A stretch of DNA of 64,000 nucleotides from Thecamonas trahens ATCC 50062 (lineage: Eukaryota; Protista; Apusomonadida), in assembly GCF_000142905.1 (NCBI RefSeq), contig NW_013657677.1, forward strand, positions 609,527 to 673,526, read 5' to 3'. This document shows, piece after piece, positions 21,576 to 32,208 of the stretch. The notes under the pieces are model-generated. The model was not told the origin of the DNA, ran no database searches, and saw nothing but the letters and a program-made list of their open reading frames with translations. Within the stretch, counting starts at the first letter, position 1; each line of letters opens with the position of its first letter. Position numbers and translations under genes: made by a program.

Positions 21576-22709
21576 AGTGGGGGGGGGGGACCTGGTACAC
21601 CGACAGTGGTGGTACAGGTGTGTGTGCACGTGTGTGCGTGTGTGTGTGCGTGCGTGTGTGGGGGTGTGGAGGGTGTGGAGGGTGTGGGTGGAGTGGTGCT
21701 GGCTAGTGGTGGTGGTGGTCGCGGACGGTGGGTGGGTGGGGAGGGTGGTGAGGTGGCGGCGATGGCGGCGATGGCGGCGTGGTGGGGCTACCGGCGAGGA
21801 CAGGGGCGGATGGGGGCTTGGGTGTGGCAGATCAAGGGGTTCAAGGCGTTGCATCGGTGGATGGAGGGTGAGGAAGGGATCAAAGGCTGCGGCAAGGTCA
21901 GAGTGGATGGGGCGGAGAGCGGCGATGGCGGCAGCGAGGGCAGTATGGGGAGGAGATGGAATTGGGAAGGTGCTGGGGATGGCGGTGGTGAGGCGGCGTT
22001 CTGCGGCGTCGGTGAGCGGGACAAAGTGGCGGACGGCGACGGCGCGGCCGGAGGAGGAGACGGCAGCAGACCAGAACCAGGCGATGTCGTCACCGATCTC
22101 TGGCGCAGCAGCAGCGTCGTCGAGCGCGAGCATGGCGTTCTCGGGCGAGAAGCAGGTGTCGTGAATGACGACCGATCGTTCCTCCAGAGCGCCAAAGGCG
22201 ATGCCGGCGTCGAGCAGATCCAGATGGGCAGGGAGGACAAGGTGGGGATGAAATACTCCCATAGCAAGCGGGATGGTGAAGAGGATCTCAGGCGTGATGG
22301 CCGCAATGGGCTCAGCAGGAGCCCACAAGTGGTACATCATGTTGATCTCGGCCGTGGACGAGCAGACAAACTTCTGGCACTCTTGGCGGATAGGCGAGGC
22401 ATGCAGAATGACGGCCACATCAAGTGCTCCACACAGCTCGATGTCCTTGCTCTCCGCGTATCTCTCCATGGCCTCGATGACATCGTCCGGTACGCCCAGA
22501 TCAAGCAGCCCATCTCTCGGGGCGTCAGAGACAGCGGCGGCAAGGACAGGCATGCATGGCAGGTACGCAGCACCGTAGACAGCCAACAGCGGGATACGCG
22601 GCAGAATGTAGTCTGGCGGATGAACAACCGTCGCGTCGAGCTCGTAGAACGTCTTGGACCCGCCAGGTAGCCCCGTGCCGAACGATACACTCCGGCGCGT
22701 CGAAGCCAT
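21555..22709 (-). CDS. Hypothetical protein; 3' end unreliable (low complexity, overlaps TMEM115 exon 1)
   Basis: ATG-started 384-aa ORF with a globular-looking first ~270 aa and no recognised motif. Confidence 0.55.
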   Translation of the reverse strand: MASTRRSVSFGTGLPGGSKTFYELDATVVHPPDYILPRIPLLAVYGAAYLPCMPVLAAAVSDAPRDGLLDLGVPDDVIEAMERYAESKDIELCGALDVAVILHASPIRQECQKFVCSSTAEINMMYHLWAPAEPIAAITPEILFTIPLAMGVFHPHLVLPAHLDLLDAGIAFGALEERSVVIHDTCFSPENAMLALDDAAAAPEIGDDIAWFWSAAVSSSGRAVAVRHFVPLTDAAERRLTTAIPSTFPIPSPPHTALAAAIAALRPIHSDLAAAFDPFLTLHPPMQRLEPLDLPHPSPHPPLSSPVAPPRRHRRHRRHLTTLPTHPPSATTTTTSQHHSTHTLHTLHTPTHARTHTRTHVHTHLYHHCRCTRSPPPTMLVCRP

Positions 22710-23132
22710 GTGGCGTGCTCACGGTGAGGTGTTGCTCCAGCCTGCCAACCGACGAGCCGGAGCATTGGCTGGGGGAGAGCGAGCGATCGAGCGGGAGAGA
22801 GAGAGAGAGAGAGAGAGGGTGATACTCAAAATAGCGGTGGGTGCGAAGCGTGGGACAGTCATGGCTGCCGCTCCTGGCTTTGATCTATTTCGCTTGCGAT
22901 GTGTATGGGGAGAGTGTTTGAGATGGTGACGACACCGAGACGATCGCGACTGGAGGCGGCTGCCAGAGTTTGGCTGTCGGCAGGAGGTGGGGAGCAGACA
23001 GCGGATGACAGTTGATTGATGGAGGAGGATACGGCCTGGCAGCCGGCGGATGGCGGATGGGGGAGCAGCATCGGCTTCGGCTTGGGCAAGAGAGCCGCGA
23101 GTCACCCACTTTTCTCGCGCTTGCAGTTGGCG

Positions 23133-25360
23133 ATGAGCGCTGCGGCCTTTGGAGCGTTTACCGCGGCATCTGTTGCTGGACTTGCAGCCAAAGTTGCTGT
23201 GGACATCCGGCGGTGGTCTCTCCACCAAGGTGGCCAGTGTGGAAACGCGGCGAGCCGTGCAGCAGCTGTATGGGATGCTCCAAGAGGTGGCTCTGTCCCT
23301 CGAGGCAACGGTGCCCTCTTTGACCGTCGCCATGCCCCCGTTCCCCAGCTTCTCTTCCTCGGCCAAGCCGGCTACATCTACTCGTTCGAGAACACTCGTG
23401 TGCTCATTGACCCCTGGTACGTCTTCCCCTCTTCTCCTCCCCCCCCCCTCCCCCCTCCTCACACCCCGTGTCGCCGTTCCCGTCCCTCGGCTCCGTGCCT
23501 GGGTGAGCGGCTTGAGTGACGCGCGGGCCTTTGGCGTTGGCTACGTCATTTTTGGGTTGGGCAGTTTGGGCTGATATTGCCCTCCCGCGGTCATGGTAGC
23601 TGTCTCCTCTGATACGGGCACGCGCCGCGGGGGGGGGCGGNNNNNNNNNNNNNNNNNNNNNNNNNNNNNNNNNNNNNNNNNNNNNNNNNNNNNNNNNNNN
23701 NNNNNNNNNNNNNNNNNNNNNNNNNNNNNNNNNNNNNNNNGGGGGGGTTTGACCCGGGAACGGTGAGCTTTAGTATCATGAGGAAGGGGGGTAGCATCAT
23801 GAGGAAGGGAGGTAAGATGCGGCGGGCGATTTGCAGCAGCTCACACGGTTACATGCTGTTACATGCTATGCTGTTGCGCAGGTTCTTCCAGGCGTTCACC
23901 TCTTGGTTCCCCTCGCCAAACAACCGATTCCTCCTCGACACGGTGATCGAGTCTGACTTTGACTTTCTGTTCATCTCGCATCTCCACGAGGATCACTTTG
24001 ATCGGACGGTCCTGCCCAAGCTCGACAAGAGCATCACCATTGTACTCCCGGCGTACCGGTCCGGCGGCCTTGAGGAGGAGCTTCGCGAGCTCGGCTTCAG
24101 CTCGTTCATCAAGCTTGGCCACGGCGAGTCGGCCGAGCTGGCGCCGCGGCTGACGGCGACGGTCTACCTGGACGTCTCACACAAGGAGGACTCGGCGATT
24201 TTCCTGCAGGCGCTCTGCGGCGACGGCACACCGGCGACCTTTTTGCACCTCAACGACTGCAACACCCGGCTCTCGGAGCTCCCGACGAACGTCGACGTGC
24301 TCTCGGTCCAGTTTTCGGGCGCAATGTGGTACCCCAACTGCTACGCGTACTCGCCCGAGGTCGAGGCCGAGAAGACGCAGCAGATCCGGACCATGCTCTA
24401 CGATCTTCTGGTGATGAAGGCCGAGGCGACCCAGGCCAAGGTCTTGCTCCCGGCGGCGGGACCGCCGGTCTTCCTCGACCCAGCGCTCGAGAGCTACAAC
24501 AACGGCGAGACGACAATCTTTTCCCGTGGTCGGCCATTGCTCACGAGTTTGCCGAGGCCATGCCTGATGTTGTCGTCCACCACCTCACGCCCGGCGACGG
24601 CCTCGCCTTTCCCGACGCCCGCCTCGCCTTTGACGGCACCCGCGACGAGTGGAGCATGGCCGAGTACCGCGAGGCGCGCGCGCTCGAGATCGCACAGCCC
24701 GGCGGCATCGCCGTCGATCCGGCGGCCGACGTCAGCGTCGACCTGGACATGCTGCAGGCCTACTTTGCCGGCCTGCACAAGACCAACAAGCACCTCGTCA
24801 CCCTTTCATCGTTCCGCAAGGTGTGGCGGTTGATTGCCGAGCCGGCGCGCGGTGAGCCGACGGCCTACGTCGTGGCCTGGAACGCAGGCATCAAGCCCAC
24901 CGTCGTGACCCAGGCGGAGTGGCAGGCGTCCGACAACGATCGTCCTGTCGAGTATTCGCTCTGGGTGCCCGAGTGGCTCCTTCGCGCCATTGTGGCGCCG
25001 CTTCCGGGCTCGATCCCGCTCGGGTGGGAGGAGGCGCTGCTGTCGAACCGCATTCGTCTTGCCCGCGACCCGGACGTCTTTGACCTCTACTTTATGTCGT
25101 ACCTCCGCTACGGCAACCGGCCGATCCAAACCGAGGCACTCGTGGAGGAGCGCAAGGTCTCTGAGATGATCACGCATCCAGCGCTGCCCAACGTCAAGTT
25201 CCAGCGCTACTGCCCGCACGCCGGCGAGGACCTCACCACCGCCGTCGTCTGCAACGGCCTCATCAAGTGCCCGCGCCACGGGTGGACCTTTGACGCCAAT
25301 ACCGGCGAGTGCGTCACCGGCGGCAACATCAAGCTTAAGGTCGAGCATCTCGAGTGGTAA
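23133..25360 (+). CDS. Metallo-beta-lactamase-fold + C-terminal Rieske [2Fe-2S] protein (Rv3818/CMAH-related); intron 23417-23881 spans a gap; frameshift near 24522
   Basis: FLGQAG..VLIDPW|FFQAFTSWFP, ISHLHEDHFD, EDSA, LNDC, QFSGAMWYP, PAAGPPVFLDP, and Rieske RYCPH..CPRHGWTFD. Confidence 0.85.
23641..23740. other. Assembly gap (100 N); other gaps at 39169-39268, 51782-51905, 54363-54624
   Basis: N runs, mostly next to poly-G tracts. Confidence 1.
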
Positions 25361-25365
25361 AGCAA

Positions 25366-26541
25366 CTACGGCAATGGGCGCGGGTCGGCGGCAGAGAAGC
25401 GGCGGTGGCCACGGCTTGCTCCGTGCTCGGCGTACCACTCCTGCATGAGCTCGGCAAGAAGCTTGCTATCGCTGGATCCCGGTGGCAGGCTCGTCTCCCC
25501 GAGCAGGACCGCATCGCGAGTGGCCTCGACCAGCTCCTCAGTCCGCGCCACCTCGAGCGAGGCGCGGAGGACAAGCTGCGCAGCGCGGGTGGCGCGGAGC
25601 GCGGGGCGCGCCTGCTCACTGTGGGCCGCCCGCGGCACATCCTCTAGCTCGACGCGGGTGCTTGGTGGCGGCGCGTGGGTGAGGAATGGGTGGCTGAGCG
25701 CGTCGCGCGGCGAGAGGCGACTGGCCGGGTCGGCGACCAGCGTCTGCTCCACAAACTGGATTGCATGATCGCGCATGGAGAGGTCGGTCTCTTTGGCTTC
25801 CTGCCTCGGCAGCGGCTCGTAGTCGGCGTTGAGAATAGACTCGTACAGGTCCTCGTAGTTGGAGATGGCAAACGGATACGAGCCGGTGATGAGCAGGTAG
25901 ACGAGGACGCCGACCGACCAGACATCCGCCGCTGGGCCGACCTCGTCGCCGCGGAGGACCTCGGGCGCAACAGTGAGCGGGTACCCAGTCCAGGCCTCGA
26001 TGTTAGCGGGCTGTGTTCGAACGAGCGGGAGCAGGGCACCGACAAGGACCACAGTGGGCACCGCGAGATCGCCACGCCGCCCCAGCGGCGGTACACGCAG
26101 GTCGTCGAGCATGAGGCCGCCAACCACAGCCCCCAACTCGTGCAAGTGCATCAGCGCACTCAGCACTTGCCGCATCACGCCAGCCGCCATTTCATCGACA
26201 GCCACGCCTGCCGGATCCCGTCCGCGGATGACATCAACCAGAGCCATGTGGGTATCCAGCGGCTCGACAACAACATATAGAGCGCGATCTGTGCTGTGAT
26301 AGTCCAGTACGCGAGGCATGCCCACAAACGGAGAGCTCACAAGGCTCTGCGCAGCACAAAGTGCTTCCAATCGATCAGTCACATATCGCTCTCGTCCCAT
26401 GGCATGAGCCAGTGTGAGTATGGTGGCGGGCGAGCTGTCGGCCCTTCGCTCTGCCCTCCGCTCGGTCCATTCGCTCCCGCCACCGCACAGCTGTCCGATG
26501 CGATACACCCCAGGCACATAGCTATCTTCGTTGTTGTCCAT
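25366..26541 (-). CDS. CAMK-like pseudokinase
   Basis: C-lobe motifs intact (APEVL, DVWSVGV, LITGSYPF, DPASRLS..ALSHPFL). HRD and DFG are replaced (VVGGLMLDD; VGAL). Confidence 0.8.
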   Translation of the reverse strand: MDNNEDSYVPGVYRIGQLCGGGSEWTERRAERRADSSPATILTLAHAMGRERYVTDRLEALCAAQSLVSSPFVGMPRVLDYHSTDRALYVVVEPLDTHMALVDVIRGRDPAGVAVDEMAAGVMRQVLSALMHLHELGAVVGGLMLDDLRVPPLGRRGDLAVPTVVLVGALLPLVRTQPANIEAWTGYPLTVAPEVLRGDEVGPAADVWSVGVLVYLLITGSYPFAISNYEDLYESILNADYEPLPRQEAKETDLSMRDHAIQFVEQTLVADPASRLSPRDALSHPFLTHAPPPSTRVELEDVPRAAHSEQARPALRATRAAQLVLRASLEVARTEELVEATRDAVLLGETSLPPGSSDSKLLAELMQEWYAEHGASRGHRRFSAADPRPLP

Positions 26542-26987
26542 GTCGGCCGATGAGCCTCTGTCTTTGGACTGGCTTGCCGTGCCTGCGGGGTGTAGCGAGT
26601 TGAGTGGTGCGGCATACCCCCTCCCTTCTCCCAACTGACCATCACTACGGCGCCGCCCATCACACGGCGCACCCCTCAGGGCCTGCCGAGTTTGACATGG
26701 ATCCATGCTTCCGATCCCCGACTTGGATGTGTAGCCGTCCATTATGATGAATCTGGCGCCTACATGTGATTGCATGCGTCTGTCGCTGCCGCAGCCAGCG
26801 CAGCCACTGCCGCCGCACCGTCCGCTAACGGATCTCCCCTCAAACGACTCGACTCAACGGACTCGACAAGGGCACCCACTCTACGACACTCGACGCCACC
26901 TCCCACCCCCGCTATCCACCCACCCACCCACACACACACACATTCGCATTCACATCTAACTTGTTCTTGGGACAGAGTTTGTGGATC

Positions 26988-29935
26988 ATGTCTGTGTATG
27001 TGTTCTGGGACTTGGAGAACCTCTCGCCTCGGACAGGAGCCATTCATGCCACGGTACAGCGGCTAACGGTGGCACTCTCGGGATTTGGTCCTCTGGCTTC
27101 CATCAAGGCATACTGCGATACGACGGCGTTGGTGAAGCGGACAAGGAACAGTATGGTGGCAAATGGCGTGCATTTGGTTGACGTGCCCTTTTCTCGCAAG
27201 AAGGAGACGGCGGACAAGGTCTTACTCGTCGACATGATGATGATGGCCTGCCAGGCAGCGAGTGCACGATCGGCCGGCGAGCCGCAGATCACGGTTGTGC
27301 TGCTCTCTTCAGACTCGGACTTTGTCTATGGCTTGGCCAAGCTCTCGCAGCTGGGCGTGTGCACGGTGTGCGTTCGCTCGACAGCCGTCCGCACCACGCT
27401 CCTGGATCGCCAGGTCGATCATGTCATCGACTGGGAGCGGATCCACGGCGCCGGAGCTCCACCCGAGTGTAACCGTGGCTGCCGCAACTTTTTGGCAGCG
27501 GTGATGGGACGTGTGTTTACGGATCGAGCTGTGCCTTTTGTCACGATGCCAGTCATGGCCACGGCGTGCGGGACGGCCAGAGCAGCAGCAGCCGCGGTCG
27601 TCGTGGCACAGGGCCAGGTGACGCGCCGTCTACCATTCTCGTGGCGCCGGAGCTCGAGATCCCGGTCGAGGCGCCCGAGGACCTGCCGCCATCGCGACTT
27701 GTCCGAGTAGTCCTGGCACTCCGGCGGGCCCATGGGGCCGATCGGACTCTTCATCCCACGCTTGCCGATGTTGTCCGCCACTTTTGCGTCTTTTACCCGC
27801 TCCTCCACCGCTCGGTCTCCACGCATGCTCTCATGGCACAGTACGTGACATGCGCCGTCCGCAGCGGGCTTATCTCGCTCTGGCGCTCGCCCGATTGCCG
27901 CGACAGCGAGCCGGCGCAGCCTGAGGAAGACGACGTCGCGTGGGAGATCCAATCGTGGGCATCGTCGCTCCATGGCCACGTTGACACTGCTGCCGACGCT
28001 CTGCACGATTCAGGCTGGCTCCGCGACGAGTGGCACGCGACCGCATCGTGGTCGGATGAGGATTCGCTTGAGAGCGGCGGATCTCTCTCAAGTTCTGAGC
28101 CGTCGCCGCCTGTTTCGCTCGACGAGCTGGGATCGCTCAACTGGGACTACGTTTATGTCTCGCTTGGCAAAGTGCCGTGGTGGCAGGCTCACGAGCAGAC
28201 CGCCCCGCCTTCAACAGCGTCCTCCATTCCCAACATGTCAGTCTCATCGCCAGCCGCCCGCAGCATCAGCGCCCGCACCCCAGAGCCGGAGCGGGCAGCA
28301 TCGCCGGTGGCCGAAGTTGCGCCGACGGTCTCTAGGCCGAGCCCCACAGCAGCAAGCCCGAGCCAAACCAGGGTCGTGTCACCGGTGACAGTAGCGACAC
28401 CCACGCCAGCTCCGCTGGCGATCAAGAAGCGAGCTCGAGATGACGACGGCTGGCAGGAGCGGGCGCGGACGGCGGACGGAAGTGTCCACGATGTGCAGAC
28501 ATACAACACGTTTGTTGTCATTGTCCGCGAGTTTGAGAACCATCTCATTGCCTCCGGCGAGCTCTCGGCTGACAACGGCGGGCCATCGGAAGGCATCCGG
28601 CTCTCCAATGTTGGGCAGGTGCTTGCGCGTGTGGCACCCAAGTGGCGGCACACGCTCAAAGTCAACAAGTTGTGGAAGTGGGCGAGCATGCTGGAGAGCG
28701 ACAACCTCATCAAGCTCTTCCACGGCTCCAACGGCGAGCTCTCGATGCTTTCGCATGCGCCCGAGCTCGGCCCAGAGTACGCTGCGCTTGTGCCGGTTGA
28801 CGTGACGGCGCTTCCGATCGACACGTTTGATGCCATCCGCGCTTGTGTCGCTGAGATTCTCAAGCTGCCGATGCCGCAGGTGTCTCAGGCGGCAGAGCCG
28901 GCGAGACCTGTGCATGACGTCAAGCCGGCTACGGTGGATGAGGAGGCCACTGGCGCACCAGCCCCACCAGACGAGCCCGAGCTGGCAGTCGGCGATCTGG
29001 TGGGCCCGAGAGTAGCGGCACCGGTGCTCAATCTCAAAGCGCTTCTGGAGACGCGGACGCGGCTAGTGTACAGCCACGATGCCGGGCATGTCAAGCTGGC
29101 AGACACAGCCAAGCTGACAAGTCATGCCGCTGCGAGCAAGGCGCGCGGTGCTGGATCCAAGCTGGCGCAAATGGTACTGTCGTCGCACGGACCGCGGCAT
29201 GTCCACGAGTCACCGTTTACGACAGCCTCGCTCTCGGTCAACCGGTCTGCGCGGCTCCGGGCGCTGGATGTCGACGCGCCGGCAAGCGTGGTGGCGCGGT
29301 CGCTAGCTATGCGCGATCTGGAGAGCGTGACGCTGAGCAAGAGCCACTCGCGGCTGCGCGGACTGGGCCCACGAGTGGTAGCACAGCTCTCGCCGACCAA
29401 GGCCTACCAGGTGTCGAGCAGGGTCCACGGCAGCGCGTCGCCGCTGGCCCAGATCCAGCGCGACGACAGTGTGTCACGGCGAGCCAAGAGTCTGCGCGAC
29501 GCGTCGCGATCTCGGGTCCGCGCTGCAGTGGCGTCGCCGTCGCGCGGAGCCAAGCTTGCGGCGGTGGCGGCGCTAGCCTCGGACCTGCATGCGTTGTCCA
29601 AGGCGTACGGACCAGACCAGGTCGCTAGCAGTGATGCTGAGACCGAGTCGGTCGGCGACTACGAGCGGCGGCGGTGGCTTGACGAGTCAACGTCGCCAGC
29701 GTCTGCGACGCGGCGGCTGCTGGCCCCAACGCTGCGAAGGTCGACGGTCTCGTCGCCGACTATGCGAGGTGGCGGATCGCCGACTCGGGTGCGGTCGGTC
29801 TTCTCGCTCTCAGCAGCAGCAAAGACCATTGCGCGTGGCGGCTCGCCGGACCCGTCGGTCTCGCCGTCGCCGCTCAACCGATCGTGGCATGAGGCCGCGC
29901 ACAGGTCACTTGCGGCCATGACGCGCGCGTCGTGA
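26988..29935 (+). CDS. NYN-domain ribonuclease (MARF1/Limkain-b1/LabA-like) with probable OST-HTH/LOTUS segment and long disordered tail; junction between ORFs (~27460-27600) unresolved
   Basis: VFWDLEN, KAY, KETADK, LLSSDSDF and VIDW NYN motifs. IRLSNVGQVL..W..LK..KL looks like LOTUS. Confidence 0.75.
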
Positions 29936-29937
29936 GG

Positions 29938-31365
29938 TCATGGCGCGAGCGGCTCTGGCACTGCAACTGGAGCCAAGAGCGGGCGCGACTCGACCTGCGC
30001 CGAAGAGACGTTGTCCATGTCGTCGGGTGTGTCGAGAGTGAGCTCGAGAACCGGCGAGAGGAAGCGCAGCGCGACGGCGGCACAGCCTGCGCCGGCAAGC
30101 AGGAGCCCTACGAGGACGTAGAGGGTGCAGGGCAGGCACGACGAGTCGGTGGCCGAGTAAAAGCCAGAGGCAAAGGCAGGGAGGAGGATATTGGCGACGG
30201 TTTCGGCGGCGGAGAGCGCGGCAAGCGCGACGCCCTGCTCTTTGGCAGAGACTGCCAGCGAGAAGAGGGAGCGGATGGCCGGAAAGGCAACAGCAGAGAG
30301 GCCACCGATGGCTGAGCCGACATACATAATGCCGGTGTCGGGCGCGAGTGCGTAGGTCAACATCGACCCGGCCTGCATGCAGAGGCCGATGACGGAGAAC
30401 AGGGTGATTCGCCGCACGTTCTGAGTGTGGAGCAGGAGCGGCGAGAGGATGGAGACGCAGGCAGCGCGAATGATCCACTGCGAGCCGAGGAAGAAGCCGA
30501 GCTCGCGCGGTGTCCAGTGGAGCTTGACTTTGGAGTAGAGGATGACGATCGAACCAAAGGCAACAATGGCGCCGTACGAGAGGAGGAAAGCGAGGCCAAG
30601 GCCTGCCAGAACCGGCCACGGACCGAGCCGTGTCGGTCGAGTCATGACACCGAGCGCGCCAAAGACATTGGCCTTGGCCCACGAGACGGTCTCGACCCTC
30701 TGCGATGGCGCGAGCGTCTCGGGCATGGCGGCGGCGATGAGAGTGAGCGCTGCTCCCGCCACGGTCATGGCCACAAATAGTGTCTTGTAGTCAAAGTGCT
30801 CGATGAGGATGCCCGAGACGGAGGTTCCGGCCATGACGCCAAGGTAGAGGGAGACTTCGGTGTAGCCAAACTTCTTAGAACGCTCGACCTCGGGCACAAT
30901 GTCGGCGACGGCGGTGTAGATGGCCATGAACATGGTGGGCGATCCGCCAAACAGGCCGGTCCCGCCCGAGATGGCGACCAGGGTCCACAGCGGCCAGGAG
31001 TAGGCCTTGAACAAGGCCAGCGTCAGTGTGTTGGCCGTCAGCCCGACGAGAGGAAGGACAACGACCCAGCGTCGGCCAAACTTGTCCGAGAGCACACCCA
31101 CGGTGCCCGAGACGCCGACGCCGGTCAGCGACGAAGCCAGGCCGCCGTACAGCGTCCATACCGCGGCCTTGGACGAGACCGTGTCCGAGTCGCAGTCGGC
31201 GTAGTGGCCGCGCTCACAGACCTCTGCAATCAGCATTTGCGCCGTCGCCACAATCTGCAGCATCAGCGTCGCCATGTACGACAGCAGCACAAATGTGTAG
31301 ATCCAGAACCTTGTCTCCCGCCACGGGACTGGTGTCACAGCCGCACGCGTAGCTGTGGCGTGCAT
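29938..31365 (-). CDS. MFS transporter, SLC46/PCFT-like
   Basis: GVLSDKFGRR motif A, AVADIVPEVERSKKFG, PETL, about 12 TMs, and a Cys pair in the first loop. Confidence 0.88.
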   Translation of the reverse strand: MHATATRAAVTPVPWRETRFWIYTFVLLSYMATLMLQIVATAQMLIAEVCERGHYADCDSDTVSSKAAVWTLYGGLASSLTGVGVSGTVGVLSDKFGRRWVVVLPLVGLTANTLTLALFKAYSWPLWTLVAISGGTGLFGGSPTMFMAIYTAVADIVPEVERSKKFGYTEVSLYLGVMAGTSVSGILIEHFDYKTLFVAMTVAGAALTLIAAAMPETLAPSQRVETVSWAKANVFGALGVMTRPTRLGPWPVLAGLGLAFLLSYGAIVAFGSIVILYSKVKLHWTPRELGFFLGSQWIIRAACVSILSPLLLHTQNVRRITLFSVIGLCMQAGSMLTYALAPDTGIMYVGSAIGGLSAVAFPAIRSLFSLAVSAKEQGVALAALSAAETVANILLPAFASGFYSATDSSCLPCTLYVLVGLLLAGAGCAAVALRFLSPVLELTLDTPDDMDNVSSAQVESRPLLAPVAVPEPLAP

Positions 31366-32208
31366 GGTTGCGATGGAGAGCTTGCGGCGCCTTGATACGT
31401 CGATGACTGCGTTTGCCGCTCTTGACCACCGTTCAAACTATCGAGCGTGAGCAATTATCTCGCTACGTTTCCGGCAAGCAAACTACACTCACACCTGCGA
31501 CGTGTATACTCGTGGGGAATACCGTCACCTCGTTTCGACAGTCGGCCTGCACAGCTCTATGCACACTGCCCAAGCTCAACCACTGATACTCGACTCGCGT
31601 GACGGCGTGGTTGACGCTGGCGTGAGGTGTGCTCGCCTCCGTCCGCTCTCTCGCTTCGCCTCGCGTGGGGATCCCGCTATGTGTGGTTGCTCGCGTGACT
31701 TTGCCACGTGGAAACGCACGTGGGATACGTTTGTTGAGGCGGGAGGCGAGTCGTTTCGAGAGAGTCACACACATGTCATATCATGGCTTTGTGGCACGGT
31801 GATTATGGTAATCAACATCTGCCCGCGTCGTCGTCATGATCATGGTCGCTGGTTGACAGTGGTGGTTGGGTAGGGGCGGCAAGATGCGGCGGGTGTGGGC
31901 GGTCAGCCGGAACCGGAACTTCACTACAGCAGGCACGTACAGCTCGCACAGCCACGCTTCAGCCCTTGCCAGGCAGTTGATGCATCTTTGGCTTGCTTTA
32001 TGTGGGAAGCAGGCGGGACAAGTGGCGGTCTTGGCTAGCAAGAGTTTGTTTTGAGGGGGGGGGCTGCGGCATCATCAGCAATTTTTCCGCATTCCTCGTG
32101 AATTGCCAGCCGAGACCCTTGCAGCGTTCTCTGGCCGGACACACCGCGACAAGACGTCGACCGAGCAGGACGTAGCTTGGCATACTTTTCTTCCACACCT
32201 TTGAAGCT

